From positions 8,473 to 72,472 of the forward strand of contig MU271280.1 in NCBI GenBank assembly GCA_021432655.1: 64,000 bases of DNA. Reading direction: 5' to 3'. Within the stretch, counting starts at the first letter, position 1, and every line of letters begins with the position of its first letter. The translations under genes were made by a program, and so were the position numbers. The stretch is from Atractiella rhizophila. Lineage: Eukaryota. The notes beneath the pieces were generated by a model. The model did not search any database and was not told the DNA's origin. It saw nothing but the letters and a program-made list of their open reading frames with translations. Positions 36,650 through 51,217 of the stretch are shown one piece after another.

Positions 36650-38059
36650 TTCGATCGTGCGATAAGCGAAGCAAAGAGACAGCCCGTTGAGGGAAAGGTA
36701 AGGTATTTGGAGCACTTAAATATTCACAGTCACCTATCCCCCTCCCCATGGTGATGTGGAGGGACCCGCCGTCATCACAGCAAGTACATCATTTCTCTCA
36801 CTGAAATTCGGTAGGAGCACAAGACATGAAAGGGGATCGTCAAGCTACCACATTCCGGCGACCATTTTAGTCGATACTATCTAGGATTACATGCTATTCA
36901 TCCTGAACCTTCTAATTATCGTCTAAACCAGCATCAATCAGGGTTGCTCCATTCCGCCCTGTTTATCCTGATCCTGGGGGTTATCTTCCCCACGACCTCA
37001 TAGTGCATCACAGCTTAGCGTAACCACGCGCGTTGAGACCTGTGGACAATCACGTGGTGAGGGAACCTAGTGCCCGACGCCACAGCACACACACTTGTCA
37101 CTTCTCTGAGGCTGCAAAGATTGCTTGAGGCTCGAGAGGCTGCGACGATAAATATAAAGCATCAGTGATAGGTAACGCACAAGCTTGTTTGTGTATAACT
37201 CGTGTATAACTCCTTGAAACTGTGGGGTGAATTGCTGGCACGTACATTTGAGTTATTAAACAGTGCGTAAGATGTATAATTATACACTGAGCGGGCTGAA
37301 GAACCGAATTGAAGGCGGCGAGTTGCAAGGCAGTAAAATGGAGGGAATAGTAGAACGTGGCTGCGCATTCATTATATGCATACAGAGCGTTTAACAGATT
37401 AAAATTTGTGGATATCGTTTAATATTCAAAAAACATCGCTGATATGCGGTATATAAAAGAGGCAGAGCAGTGTTAGAAGTTGGAAGTGAGGGCAATGGTT
37501 AACTCCTGCTTACGACTGGGTTATTCCCGTTGTTGGTAAGACTGAGGCTTGAACAACATAAGGAGGTGCATAATCTTTGACCATGGTTCTTCGTGGTATC
37601 AAGCAGTTATCGACGCTGTTTCAAATCATCGTCGCCTCATGGATCGAAAGGTAGGCAAGTTTACTGTCAACCCTTCAAAGCAAGACGCCAGCAGGCGCCA
37701 ACTAATAGTGGTTCTTGCTCCTGCGTACCTCATCTTCAGGGTCATTACTTTGCAGTGAAAGAAACATGCAGAGTTGACTATAGAAAGGTTCAAGTCCACA
37801 TGACAATTGTTGGCACAGACTTTGCTCTCACAGTCGTTTACACTTCCCCAACTCAGGAAACGCACCAATTATCCCTAATAATGGTATAACATAAAATTGA
37901 ATCCTGCTGTTCTCCCAAGCTCTCTATAATCCTGGATGTCCACTCGAAACTCGAACAATAATCAACCCTTGTGGATTGGTCTGCCTTGTCGGATCCGCAT
38001 TTCCGCCCTAACGACGAAACTTCATCACAACTTCTTTGACCACCTCAGCCGCCGCAGTG

Positions 38060-40020
38060 ATGGTTCTTCGTCCACCCCCTGCCCTCCGGCGGGCTTTCTC
38101 CCGCCCTTCCATTGTTCCTTCGCTCCGTGTCCCGGTCCGACGCCTCGCCACGGCCTCGACAGGTACTGCTGAGACTCAGACCCCTCCCAAACCTGAAATA
38201 CCGCCGGTGTTGCTGAAGGAACAGCCGTTGACTGTGGAGGACTTGCACCATTTGACTGCCGAAGAAATTTTAAGGGAGGATGTGGCAACTAGGAAAGGTC
38301 ATAATTTGAGACACTTCACTGTCAACTTTGGGTTCGTCAAGCCTCTCATCTTGTTCATGCTTCAGGATAGGGAACTGTGGAATGCTCATGTTAATTTATA
38401 ATGCTACGTTATGCATTGGAATAGTCCTCAGCATCCTGCTGCTCACGGTGTATTGAGGTTGATCCTGGAGATGAATGGAGAAGAAATTCTTCGCGCCCAC
38501 CCGCACATTGGACTCTTGCACAGGGGAACGGAGAAGCTGATAGAGTACAAGACGTATACTCAGGCACTTCCCTACTTTGATAGGTTAGACTACGTTCGTG
38601 CCTTCCGTTCCTCCCCTTCCTCCCTAACTCTGCCGTCTTGAACAGGTGTCCATGATGACAAACGAGTGGGTCTTCCACATTTCCATTGATTGTCCTTAAT
38701 CCACCTGTCTTCAAGGCTCTGCTTTGCACGTGCCGTCGAAAAGCTCCTCAACATCGACGTCCCAGAAAGGGCTAAATGGATCCGAACCTTGTTTGGAGAG
38801 ATTACTCGCGTTTTAAACCATTTGATGGCTGTTCTAACCCACGCTATGGGTTCGTCCCTCCTCCTCTTTCGCTTCCTTTATATTTGTCTGATAGTCGTGA
38901 TTTTAATCTCCCAGACGTTGGTGCTCTGACACCTTTCCTATGGGGCTTCGAAGAGCGGGAGAAGTTGATGGAGTTCTATGAGCGCGTGTCTGGTGCCCGT
39001 ATGCATGCGAACTACGTGCGACCTGGAGGAGTAGCCAGCGATCTCCCTCATGGATTGTTGGACGATATCTTTCAATGGGCTACACAATTCAGCCAGAGAG
39101 TAGATGAGTTTGAGGAACTGTTGACAGAGAACAGGATTTGGAAAGAGAGGTCTGTGCTCCCTATGGCCCACTTCTATTTGAACGAAGAGAGCCTGATGCG
39201 ACGCTGGAATCTTGGATAGGACGGTGGGAATTGGAGTTGTAACTAAGGAACAGGCTGAATCCTACGGTTTCTCAGGTGTGATGGTGCGAGGGAGTGGGAT
39301 TCAGTGGGACCTTCGGTTTGTCTTGCCTCCATATTCTATGTCGGTCAGTTAACTGATTCACCTGGCTCCATAGTAAAATTGCACCGTATGACGCATACGA
39401 CCAAGTGGAGTTCGATGTACCTATTGGGAAGAATGGCGATTGCTACGACCGATACCTTTGCAGGATCGAGGAGTTCAGGCAGTCGTTACGAATCATTTCA
39501 CAAGTGCGTCTCCCTTTCCATCTCTGATTTTTATTGATGGAATGGGACACAGTGCCTAAACAAAATGCCCGCTGGTGCGATCAAGATAGACGACCATAAG
39601 ATCGTCCCTCCTCCACGGTCAATGATGAAAGAGAATATGGAGTCGCTGATTCACCACTTCAAGCTCTGGTCTGAAGGATACTCTGTACCTCCAGGAGAAA
39701 CCTACTCAGCCATTGAGGCACCGAAGGGAGAGATGGGCGTCTACCTCGTCAGTGACGGGACCAACAGGCCGTATAAGTGCAAGATTCGAGCTCCTGGTTT
39801 CGCCCATTTGGCAGGGGCGGACTTTATGTGCAAACATCATTGTACGTTCCTTACCATTTCCCGTTTTTGTCGTGCTGATATGACGTTCCACAGACCTACC
39901 TGACGTGGTCGCGATCATTGGAACGATGGATTTGGTGAGTGCTCTCTTTTCGTTTTGCGATGTTGACGCGAGCTAACCATGGTGTGATGAATGAAGGTGT
40001 TCGGGGAGGTTGATCGATAA
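38060..40020 (+). CDS. NDUFS2: NADH:ubiquinone oxidoreductase 49 kDa subunit
   Basis: [66 protein letters not shown]. Confidence 0.97.
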
Positions 40021-40389
40021 CCTGCTGGTGGAGGTTGTGGAGTTCTACAATGCCTATCTATCTACCATTGTCCTCACAAAATTTGTGCATAATATCAATG
40101 CTCGTTCCAAACTGCATATTTTTCTTCTCCTGCTTCTGGACGACGCCGTAAATATACCTGGGATCAAAACAGGCGGAGAAAGCCTTATCAGCGGATACAT
40201 CCCCTCTTCCACGCGTCGCAGGCGATTACTGAATTGTTGTGACAATTCGAAATCTGGCGACATCCCAGGTCATATACCACCACCACCTTCCCTCTTTAAG
40301 GCTTCTCTCGTTTGGTATCTGAGAGGTTAAAGTCCAGTGGCTACCAACTTCAAGTAGCACTGGGAGTACGAGTATTGATATACCACATC

Positions 40390-42980
40390 ATGAAGTCCAT
40401 TCTTTTATCGACCGTCTTTACTTTGCTCTCCCTCTCTCGAGGGAGTCAAGCGAGACACGAACCACGGCCCGGACAAGAACATGCACTTCGTCGCTCTGCC
40501 TCTCCACAACCTTTGACATTCCCATGGAATCGTCTCGCTCCTCCCCGCGATGGGTTCGCCCGTGGTGGTCCTCCACCACCAACCATCCATTCTGCTAGTC
40601 ATGGAGCTGGCCGAGTGCTGGAAAGGAGACAAAGCTCCAATGCAAGTGGGGTTTTGGTGAACTTCCAGGTATGCCTTGCTTACTCCCTCATCTGTGCTTT
40701 AGTGGCTGGAAAGAATGCTTCCATTTGATTGATACTCATGGAGAAACGGTATAGGTTCAAAATCCTCCCGTTGTGCCTCATGGAGGATGTGAAGAGACTG
40801 TCACCCTTCTAGTCCACGATTTCGCGTTCTCGTACGGTATTCCTGCTGTCACTGAATACACGCCGCCTTCGAAATGCGAGAATTGGGCCGCTGTCACACT
40901 TAACATCACTGGTATATTCTATTTCTTCCTATACTCTGTGACTGACGTTAATTATTCTGAAAGTAACAAGCAACGGAACTCAGTTTGACAGGTTGGGACT
41001 ACTCTACCTGAACGATGTCGAGAGTGCGCCGTCTCTCCATAGTCTCTACAAAAGTTGACGGACTGATGGGATGGCGACAAACAGTCTGGAGAACTTCGAC
41101 CGCTGAGCCTACGAGGGCGGGCATCATCTGGACCGTGGTCAAAGATGTGTCGAAGTACATTCCACTTTTGAAAAATCCGGGAACGCTACTATTCGATGAA
41201 GGGAACCTGATCGACAACGTGTGTTCCTCTTACAACAGTTTGCCGAAAATCTCTGATTGTGACTGATGGTAGACGTACACTGGAATTTTTCATAGTGCGC
41301 TTAGCATCTTCGCATAGACAGCCAAAACTGATGAGAATCAGCCATTGTGACCGCTACCTTCTACGGCTCTACCAAGACCTTTCCGGTTCCTGAGACGGCA
41401 GATCTCATCCTTCCCCTTTCTCGTCAACAAACGGATGAAGGCCAAGGGAGCGTGTTTTCGACTCCTCCCAGCGGTCAAACGAATGTTACATTCCCTATTG
41501 TGCGTCATCTTTGTCATGCAATACCTCACGAGACTAAGCTATCGGAACAGAATGCAGCAGAAGCATACGTTGAGATCTTTGCCTCTGGGAACTCAAACGA
41601 AGAATTCTGGTACACCAATGCGGTGAATGAAGCGCTGCCTTACTTCCCTGATGGCGCCTTGCTGGGAAATGGCCCCTACCGTGAGGCCCAGCTGTTCATC
41701 GATTCTAAAGTTCGCTTTTCCTCCTCTCATCAGTTAACTCGGCCTGAGGCAAGTGTTAGCTCGCCGGAGTTGCATACGTATTCCCTGTGATCTACACTGG
41801 AGGTATCATCCTTTCAATCTGGCGACCAATGGCAGCATATGGCGCTTTTGACGTAAGTCTTGTCGCCATCTCTTCTCGAACAATGACAGAAGATAACCCG
41901 GAAGGCTCCAACTTATTGGATCGATATTACTCCCTTCCTCCCTCTTCTCACTGACTCCAAACCACATAACTTCACCCTATCCGTCGCCGGTCAAGGACCA
42001 GAACGAACGACCTATGCCAACTGGTTCATCTCCGGGAACATTGTCGTCAAATTAGACAAAAGCCCCAAGAGGACGACTGGGAAGATGCTCTATTATCACG
42101 CGCCGGATTTCATCGATCCGAAGACCACCGTCAAGGCAACAGCAGATAATGCGACTGTGACAGAGGTCGTAACCGCGAAAAGAAATATCAAAATATCTAG
42201 TACTATCGTCACTGGTTCTGGACAGGTCAAGCTGGTAGACTTTGAGCAAGACTTGGAATTTTACAATCAGCAAATATACAAGGACCAAGCGTATTATGAG
42301 GCAAGTGTTTTCTGCATCTTGCATGGACATGTGAATTGACCATCGATGTAGTACGTCCATCAAGAACAGAAAGGAATCACCAAGTCCACTCATAACGGCA
42401 TCGTCACTCTCCTCGACTCTTTCTCATACCCTTTAAATGTTGAAGCCAATTATGGCGACGCAGTAGGATACGTGGGATCGATCAACCACACGTACATGTT
42501 CCACCGTTACTGCCTTTTGCTTTCTACAATTCTAACGTGCTATACAGGTATACGCGCACTCTGAAAGAACCTGACCTCGCAGCGGGAGGTCACCAAACCT
42601 TCATCGATACAACACAAAAAGGTTTCGGAACCCTCTTCATCACCAACGACGTTATTTCCTCGACCATTGGGGACACTCAGGAGGTATTCAAGTACCTTGA
42701 TCTACGAGGCAACAGCTACACCCGAAACGTTCATGTAGCAAACAACACCGTGCTTTATGACAAGGAGGGAGGTTCCTTGGCTGGGAAGGGGAAGCGAGCC
42801 TTAGACTTGGACTTTGAGGACGACGATGAATTTGTGCTCAAGCGAGCCATTGATGCTGTTGGCATCATTGGGACCCTTGACGCTCCCGTCCAAGCAGACG
42901 ATGGTTTCGTACCTACCACCTTTGGAAGGCCTAGATTGTCGATAAATGCGAAGGAGGGCAGGTTGGATACTCAAAATTAG
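40390..42980 (+). CDS. Peptide-N4-(N-acetyl-beta-glucosaminyl)asparagine amidase A (PNGase A family), secreted
   Basis: Signal peptide; HDFAFSYG, SNGTQFDR, VWRTSTAEP, SGNSNEEFWY, GPYRE, PVIYTGGI. Confidence 0.92.
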
Positions 42981-43229
42981 GTAGTAGCGAAATACTGGAA
43001 TGTTGTTGTCGGATGCTTTGTTGCCTACTTCAAATTGAATTCTCTCGTTTCGTCCACTAGTGATAGCAGAACAAAATGACTTGACTGTCTCTCTTGTCAC
43101 GGAGTCGTAGCAGAGACGTTTCTTTGAGGCACATCGAAGCATAGTTGCAATGTAAGACATGGGAAGAACATAGACGGATCGGTGGCATGATGGTAGGTAG
43201 GTAATAGAGGGGAGGGAAGAGTATGTCCC

Positions 43230-44187
43230 TTACTTCTTTTGAGCGGCAGCTTCCTCCTACACAGCAGAAAAATCTGGTTAACATCCCGCTGTCCTGAACG
43301 CAATAAACAGTGAGATGGGAAACGCACCTCCTTCTTGGCGGCCCTGATCTTCCTAACACCGACCAACCTCGCGTCGCTCCTCGCCTTCCTAAGAGTGGCG
43401 AACGCATTGAATTCTTTCTCTTCAGCGGTGATGGCCCTTGGCTGCTCCGGAGTGTAGCCGGTGGGAATGGGGAGGATGGTAGCGAGGTCTCGGGTGGTGT
43501 TATCGGGAGAGACGTCCATCTGCATTCCCTCAGTTTCAAACGAAATCAGGGAAGACAGATGATACATACAGCGTCCTTCTTCTCTCCCTTCTTCTTCGAC
43601 TTCTTAGGCAGAAGCACAAGCTTCTCCTTGTACGTCTTCAGCCTCTGAGTGTTGAGCTCGAGGGAATCTTCGGAGCGGTTGCGCCTCCTGTGATCAACGG
43701 GGATACCAATAGAGAGAGCCTCTTTGCGGCGGATGCCAGCAGCCTAAATTTGCACCATCGATGTCTCAGTCTCGTTGTGCGGAGTGTATGGACGGAAAGC
43801 CAACCTTCAACTCCTCGAGGGTAAAGCCACGGCCTGCACGAAGACGACGGTTGTAACGGATGGTAGGGCAGCGAACGGCGGGGCGAAGGAGCTGTGTTGG
43901 TCTGTCGTAGTAACAATCCAACAAACATCAGTACATATTCCACAAAAACGCTCGCACGCTCCCATTTCAAAGCAAAGGCAAACGCACCGACCACCAAGGG
44001 CAGTAGCCTTCTTCTCCCTTGCGATCCTCCTGGTCACTTTCTTTCCAGGTTGGTCATACCAAGTCTTGACCCGCCTCTGCCAATCCTTGCGGAAGTGGTT
44101 TCGGTGTAAAACGTTGTTGTGTCTGACTGCAACCCATGAAAACTGTCAACACATCATCATCCACAGCGCTAACTACTCACATCCCAT
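43230..44187 (-). CDS. RPL13: 60S ribosomal protein L13 (eL13)
   Basis: [49 protein letters not shown]. Confidence 0.95.
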
Positions 44188-44320
44188 CCTTGCTAAATGT
44201 GCCTCCTGCCCGCTTACCTTGGATAGCAAAAAAACAAAGAGCCAAAACTCTAACCACCAGCGGTTCCGACTGACAGCCTAGATAAGGTTTGAGAGACTTA
44301 TTCTCCCATCCACGACTTCA

Positions 44321-45087
44321 ATGTTCAGGCTGCCACTTAAACGCACATTTGCTACTTTTCGAGCAGCTCACTCAGCAGCAAAAGAGTCAGCAGCACCTTC
44401 CATCAGTGCTCCTTTGCCGAAATGGGAAAGGCCCGGCTGGCTGAAGACTGAGGCGCCTCCCAAAAGCCAGGTGCAAATCCAAGAACCCACTCGCGTCGGC
44501 GAGCCTTTCGTACGTCTTCCATTCCTTTCTTGTAATAGGACAGGTGTAGACGAGAACTTTTTTTGCTCTAGATCCGGGCGCAGACCAACTGGCTTGCTGT
44601 GTCTCCACAAAAGCTCAACGAGTTTTCACGCTTCATGGCCTCCGTCCACAACCTCTCCAAAGCCATCGTGCAAGCCGAACACTCCAAAAAAGGCATCGCC
44701 CGTCCCGTTGCCGACTGTCTCAGAGATGCGCAAATGGCTTACATTCGTCGCTTCCCTCATTCGGACATCCCTCTTCAAGAGCGCATCAACAACCTCGTCA
44801 TCCGTCGTACATGGGTTCAAAAATCGCAAATGGGCAAGGGAATCCGGATACACGGACGCGGTCGTTCTGGGAGGTTGCACCACAGAAGTGCTCTGTTCAG
44901 AGCGGAGATTTGCGAGGTGACACCTTGGAGTGAGGAGAGGAGTTTGGAGGAGAAGATAAGGGAGAAGGAGGAGAAGAAGTTTAGGAAAATGCTCAGGGGT
45001 GGAGTGGGAAAGAACAAGCAGACTGCAGGCGTTGTGAGGGATGACGTGCGGTTGTGGGCCCTGCCAACTAACCATTGGCAGTGGTGA
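44321..45087 (+). CDS. MRPL22: Mitochondrial ribosomal protein uL22m
   Basis: SPQKLNEFSR...AIVQAEHSKK, IRIHGRGRSG; presequence-like N-terminus. Confidence 0.85.
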
Positions 45088-45449
45088 GTACATTATTTTT
45101 AATCGTAATGCAAGCTGGTAGTTCGCCTATCTATCCAACTTATCGCGTTCAAGTGAAATGGTGTTTATGGTGGGAATCCGTATCTTGACTGAAGTCAGAC
45201 GACACTATCGAAGGCAGTGGTGATTGGTCATCTTTTAACCAGGGCTCCTCCTGAAGCGAGCTGACGGTGTCAACAAAAGCGCCAGCCTCAGCATGTTTAC
45301 GAATCTAACATTCCAACATGCAATTTGAAGCAGACGGATTTGAGGTTGCTGATTATATACACAAGTTCAGTCCAGTAGTAATACAACAACGAAGACATGA
45401 AGGAGGATGCAATGGACAAACTTTGTGAAAGTCACGGTGCAAACAGATG

Positions 45450-48401
45450 ACTTGAAGTGACAACATGGTTCTTTTGTGTCGTTTTAAAGCTTGCTGACAT
45501 TGTCAGGCAGTTTTCCGTCTTTGATGATGTAGACCTCTGCAGTGAGAATGCTGAGTCCTACTGTCACTGGTCCATTTTCAGCATTAGATCTTAGGGAGAC
45601 GAAAGAAAACATACTACAGATAGCGATGATGGGGAGATTGATTCGTGCAAAGTCCAGTCGTCGGACATGAATGTATTTTCTCCTAAGAATGTCCCTCCTA
45701 TACCAATTCGTTTAGCGTTGTCGAAAAAGAGTCCAAGAAGGGACGCACCAGAGGAGTCCGGCGAGGGAGGCAGAGAAGACGGCAGAAAATGCGCCATAGT
45801 TGACTCCAAGGGTCAAAGCGTAAATCTGCTTTTCGTCAGCACACCACACTTTAGAGAAACAGTGGACGAACGGCTGCGTCTCTGTTCCTATCTGAAACTT
45901 GGTTTGATGTCAGCCAGCTTTGGAGGATCCTCGAAAGCAGGATACTTGCTCCGATATTCGTGCCCGCAAACTGGATACACCTTAGCAGTGCAGAGACTTT
46001 TGAAGAAAGATGGGGATGAGGGAAGGGGAACATACGTTACATAGGATGACGCTAACGAATCCCATACCGCCGATGATCCCCAACGTTCCTGTTCGATTCG
46101 CCCAACCTTCCCACCACTTGGCCCAAATCTCAACCCATCCCAAATTGGCGAGAGATTGGACGAGGATGAACATACTGAACGAGAACGGTAGGAGGGCGAA
46201 TGGGAGATGGGAGATGACGGCGCAGACGGTAGCAAAAGTGTCGACGAAGGAGGTAGCCATGGAGTTCAGGATAGAATACAAGTTGGATGGTTCCCCCTTC
46301 GCCTTTACCTCCCCATTCGCACCGTATGAATGAGTTCGAGCCTCGTCCGTCCGCTGGCTTGGGAGAGAGGGTGGGTAGATATGAACGGACGCATACTTTT
46401 CGTCGCTCTTCATCGAAGCGATAGAATCACTAAGGGGCTCGACGTGTAAGTTGGTAGGGACTCCAAGATCGGCTTCTGTTTCGGGGTCTGGCGCCTGAGG
46501 AGGAGGATGAGGATGAGAGGTCGCTCCGTTACCATCGATGAGTACTGCATCCTGCTCGGTCGCCGCTCGCGCCTGTTCGACGTCGTTCGATGGGTCCCCT
46601 TCTCCCCTATTCTTCCTCCCCAACTCTCGGGTTTCCTCTCGGTGCATCCAATCGTGGACTAAGTCTCGAGCGAGCATCAAAGTTCCTGCGGGAACGGTGA
46701 CAGCGTACACCTGTCATTCTCCCTGTCAGATTCTACCTTCTCCATCTCTACATGTCCTGTCTACGACCTTGGCGGAGATGGGACGAAGACGGGGACAAAA
46801 CGGACTCACCCCGACCGTGACATGCGCCGCGTTGGTTGCCAACAACACGGCCAAAGTGATGGCGATCAAGACTCCTCCAAACAACGCGCCAGACTTATCG
46901 AGGAAGGGGTTGAAGACCTCGCTGAGCGGTAACACCTCTTCCTCCCCGTCCTTCGCCTGGGCTGATGCGGAGAACCCTGGTCTTGCAACGTTGGAGGCTT
47001 CACGTTCCTCAGCCGTCATTTCGACGATATCGATAGAGAGAGGGATGAGGTCGGTGGAAGGGAAGATGATGTAGAGCAGGAAGGGGAAGAGGATAATGGC
47101 CGTGCACACCACCTGGAATAGCCGTCAGCGTTGGCTTTGTACATAAAATAAAAATAAAACTTGTGAAGCAAGGGAAAGTTGAGGATTGGAAGCGGAAAGA
47201 AGAGAGACGTACAGGTACGACCATGTTCGCAGTATACTCGATGAACGCAATCTGGAAGGCTCCTGAAATGACTAAATTGGTGGGATTGCTAGATACGAGT
47301 ATGGCGCTCGCTACTCCCACCGAACCACCCAACATCAAGACAATAATCAATCCCGAAAAAGTAGGTAAACGAAAGATGAGAGGGACGAACAGATGTTGGC
47401 GACTGCGAATTGCGAGTATATCCACGCTCGAGGATGCTTGATGTTGCTCGATACGCGCGTGAGGTAGGCAAGGAAGGCTGTGCCTGACAGGATGATTGGG
47501 TCCTTTTATTCCGCATCAATCTTCAATACATAGCAGGAAAAGAGTTTGGGACGAACGTTTCCTATGAATGTTCCGAGCACCTGTTGTCGTTTCACCATCA
47601 AATTAATGAGAGCACAGGGGGGAAGAGATGATGGTAAACGCACGAAGAAGAAGCTGTAGAGCGCGAAGAAAAGCTGGTGTCCTACTTTCCCTCCCTTCTT
47701 TACCACCCAGACGACGAGGAAGCGGATGAATCCTGTCATTCCCAATTGTCATCAGTTGTTGATTTGATTCTGAAGAAAGGAAGAGATGTGCGAACCAGTT
47801 GCATCCAGGGATATGGCAAGGTATGCCTGTGTAAATGCGTGGTGAGGATGGGCATAGTAAGAGAGGGATAACAGAAGAACGAACGAGAGAGAAGAAGAAA
47901 GCCATGATGTCATACGGCTTTATACTACAATAATGAGCGACGTAAGCTATGAAACAAGAATAGTAGAGGAGAAGAAGGCAGACTTGTTGGCTCCAATGAT
48001 ACCATCATGGAGCTCCTTCCTGCCGATGGCTTGGACGGCGAGCAGGAAGAGGACGGCGATGATGGGTGCTGTGATGAAGTTGAAGGGGAGGATGAGCTTC
48101 TTCCCCTTGCGCTCCTCTTCCTCTTCCTTAACGCTCTTCTCCGTCCAGCTCGGAGGCAAGAGACGGACGGAGATGCCGGTGGTGAGGAGGAAGTGCGGTA
48201 CTGCGCGTGGGAGTGGCAGCGAAAGTTGGAAGGGGAAGATGACGCATATGTCTATTCCATAACACGAGGTAGTTAATCGTGGTAATAATACGGGGATAGG
48301 TAAAACCCACTGGTGAGGAGGAACACGACTAGAGTGATGATCGAGTCGAAGTTGTCCACTCCGTTTGCATCCGCTCGTGTCGAGAGAGCGTTTGGAGCCA
48401 T
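45450..48401 (-). CDS. ArsB/NhaD (citrate-transporter-like) membrane transporter; 3' end approximate
   Basis: PFNFITAPIIAVLFL, ASAILVSSNPTNLV, HLPFALLPFSFSMFILVQSL...GWVE; many hydrophobic segments. Confidence 0.8.
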
Positions 48402-48546
48402 CCCTTCAGACTTAAGTGGGAAGAGAAGAAGAGAGATCACAAAGGTGACGAACGTGTGGATCACGGGAAGAAGTTAGCCGTAGTGTGCCGTAGCTCAGTG
48501 CACAGCCTTCTGAAGTGTCCTTCCTTAACGAACAGGAGGAGGTAAG

Positions 48547-49593
48547 ATGTCAAACTACCAGCCAATCTACATGACGCCCATTCCCACTCCCACTCCCAAG
48601 TCACCATGGCACGGCTGCAGCGTGCATCTCCACATCCATCCCGTGCGCTTTCTCTTCCGTCATTACCATCCCTTGGACATCTTCATCTTGAACAAATTAA
48701 ATTACAATAAACCACTTGGAAGTCGTGAACCAATTGATCGTGCTCATGTGGAGCAATGCAGGCAACTCATGAAGGCGTCGGTGCCTTCTTCTCTGCCCTG
48801 GGATCCTCCGCACACACCGTCATGGAGGAATGTGTCCACCTAGTCCTGGAGCACCTCTACAAGTACCCAGAGCTCGAACCTGTCGGGAAGGTGCGAAACA
48901 TCCATCTCTACCTCCGCGAAGGTCCTGGGTGCGCTTCTCTTTCTCTCCCCATATTCAGGCCAACAGGAGTTGGAAGGTGCTAATGGATAGATGGATGGCA
49001 GGGTGGCATATACCACAGGAAACATGGTCGATAACACTGACAAGGAGATCCACCTCGATTTCAACCACATCCTGAACACCGATGCCTCACTCCGAGCACA
49101 AGAAATCAAAGGTGTCCTCGTACACGAGATGGTTTGTCCTCCCTTCCCTCCTCACCTCCAAACCAAATCAACACCTGCCAACCTGACTTGACGAAACCAG
49201 GTCCACTGTTTCCAACATAACGGGCGGTCCACTGCGCCAGGCGGGTTAATCGAAGGCATAGCAGACTGGGTCCGTCTCCGCTCCTCGCTCGATCCTCCCC
49301 ACTGGTCCTCTCGCAAACCGGCCAAAGGTACGCGGTGGGATGCGGGGTACGAGCGCACTGCTTTCTTCCTCGACTTCCTCTGCCATCGGTACGGTGGAGA
49401 CCAGGTGGTTAGGGACTTGAATTTGGAGTTGAGCGATAAGGAGTGGGGAAATGAGATTTGGGAGAGGGTCCTGGGCGAGAAGAAGGAGGTGGAAGGGTTG
49501 TGGGAGGAGTATTTGAAGAGCTTCGAGGAATCAGAGAAGGGTGCAGCGGAGGTCGCTTTGCCGACACATACTCCTGCTCCGAAGAAGGAATAG
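48547..49593 (+). CDS. Basic secretory protein (BSP) family zincin-like peptidase
   Basis: GVLVHEM-VHCFQ (HExxH), APGGLIEGIADWVRL, WDAGYERTAFFLD. Confidence 0.88.
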
Positions 49594-49601
49594 ATTCCTT
49601 A

Positions 49602-51217
49602 CTATGTGGCCTTCACCCCCAAATCCCATATTTTGATCGTCGCATCCCGAGCCCTCGGTGTAAATCTCGCCGTCTCCCCTTCTTCAGATTCAGACTCATA
49701 AGTCCCGTCAGGAGAATCAAAATGTCGCGATCCTGAGCATGTGAGTAGCAATGGCAGGGAAGGATGAAAAGCCGTCGCGCCTACCGCATCTGTTCTCACA
49801 TCTCAGTCATTCGTCTAATCTACCCAAAAAAGAGAAAGAAGAAAAGGTTCCTGCCTACCTCCGTGTGCTTTCCAGCTCTGAGGCTCTCCGAATTCCACAG
49901 TTTCTTCCTCTTCTACCGCTTCGGTTGATAAAGGTAAAGACGGCTGTGGAAGCGGATGTATAGATACGCTCCCAAACTACGACACACATATTTCTTCAGT
50001 TTTAGATTCAAGTCGAAAGAAAGAGAGGATAGAGAGATCCCACCTTATTTCCAAAAGCCACACCCCCTCCAGACGCCTGCACCGAAAATCCAAGTCTCTG
50101 ATTCGTCCGTCCCTTCCTCGCCAAACGCGTGAACGGCCCGTCATAAGGGTTCCGGAGGTCCCAGACGTCGACCGTCTCTGTTGTTCTGCTCGTGGAGTAG
50201 AGTATCCAATGTCTGAGAGGATCAAAAGCGACCTGATCAACCATTCAATCAACAGCAAAGTCACCAGTTCAGTTCTGCCCTTTTCTTTGTAGTTGGATGT
50301 GGAAAACGTACATCTGAAACTCCTGCAGCAATTCCCTCTTTCAAGCACCCCACGAGCTCAGGAAGACCAGAAGAGCAATCGTAGAGGCCAATGGAGCCGC
50401 TGTACGATCCGGCGGCGAGATAGGAAGGGGAGAGAGGGGAGAAGGCGAGGGAGGAGATGATGCCTTTTTGTCCTTCCCTACTCTTCTTGCTAGGAGACGT
50501 GAACACTCGCTCCGACGTTGCGCCCGGAGAGGAGAGAGAGAAGACGTCAATGGCGTGAGAGTGGCCGCAGTATAACCTGTATCGTCCCATTTTGTTGGTG
50601 GGTGCGTTCGAGAGTGGATTCGACTCACCTTGTGCCGTCTGGACTGAAGGCGAGACTGTGAGGAGAGACGAACCGTTCGACGTGGTCGATGATGGAATAT
50701 GAGGCTCGTAACTATTCTCCCTCAACACATCAGATAAGAAACTCGAATGGTGGACGTGAAAGAGTAGGAGACGAACAGCGCCAGTGGTACCGTCCCTAAG
50801 TTCGACGCTACTGTTCGCCACACCCCTCGCGTAACAATACGTCCCTGGATCCTCCGCTCTCGCAAATGGATACCATTCGTATGAAGTAACCGGGGACGGC
50901 GCTCGCAAAGTAGAATGAGGGGCTAGCTCGACTATGTTCCTCTTCGCAGAGTCATCGAAGGTAGGCCTAAATAAACACGGATACCTTGAGCCTCGTCTTG
51001 AGTTTGCGCTTTAGGAAGCACTGACAGCTGGAAGAGACAAATGCAGCTGTCTTCTTGTTGTGCGAGAATAGATTGGCCGTCTGGACACCTGCTCAACAGG
51101 AGGTTGATTCAGCGACAGCTCGGAAACAGGAAAGCAGACGGACCATTTTGCCGAACGCCAGAAGTTGCGAGCTGGAGCGCTTGCAGAAGCGAGCAATTTA
51201 GGGCCTGAGGCATCCAT
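49602..51217 (-). CDS. WD40 protein of the WRAP53/TCAB1/Swt21 family
   Basis: FWRSAKW-CPDG, YEWYPFA, KGIISSLAF, VWDLR, TNQRLGF, AFHPSLPLLLTCSGSRHF. Confidence 0.85.

Noticed and set aside
5000..37000. Starship-like giant mobile element spanning the accessory region
   Set aside because: No tyrosine-recombinase captain gene or element boundaries are visible in this window.
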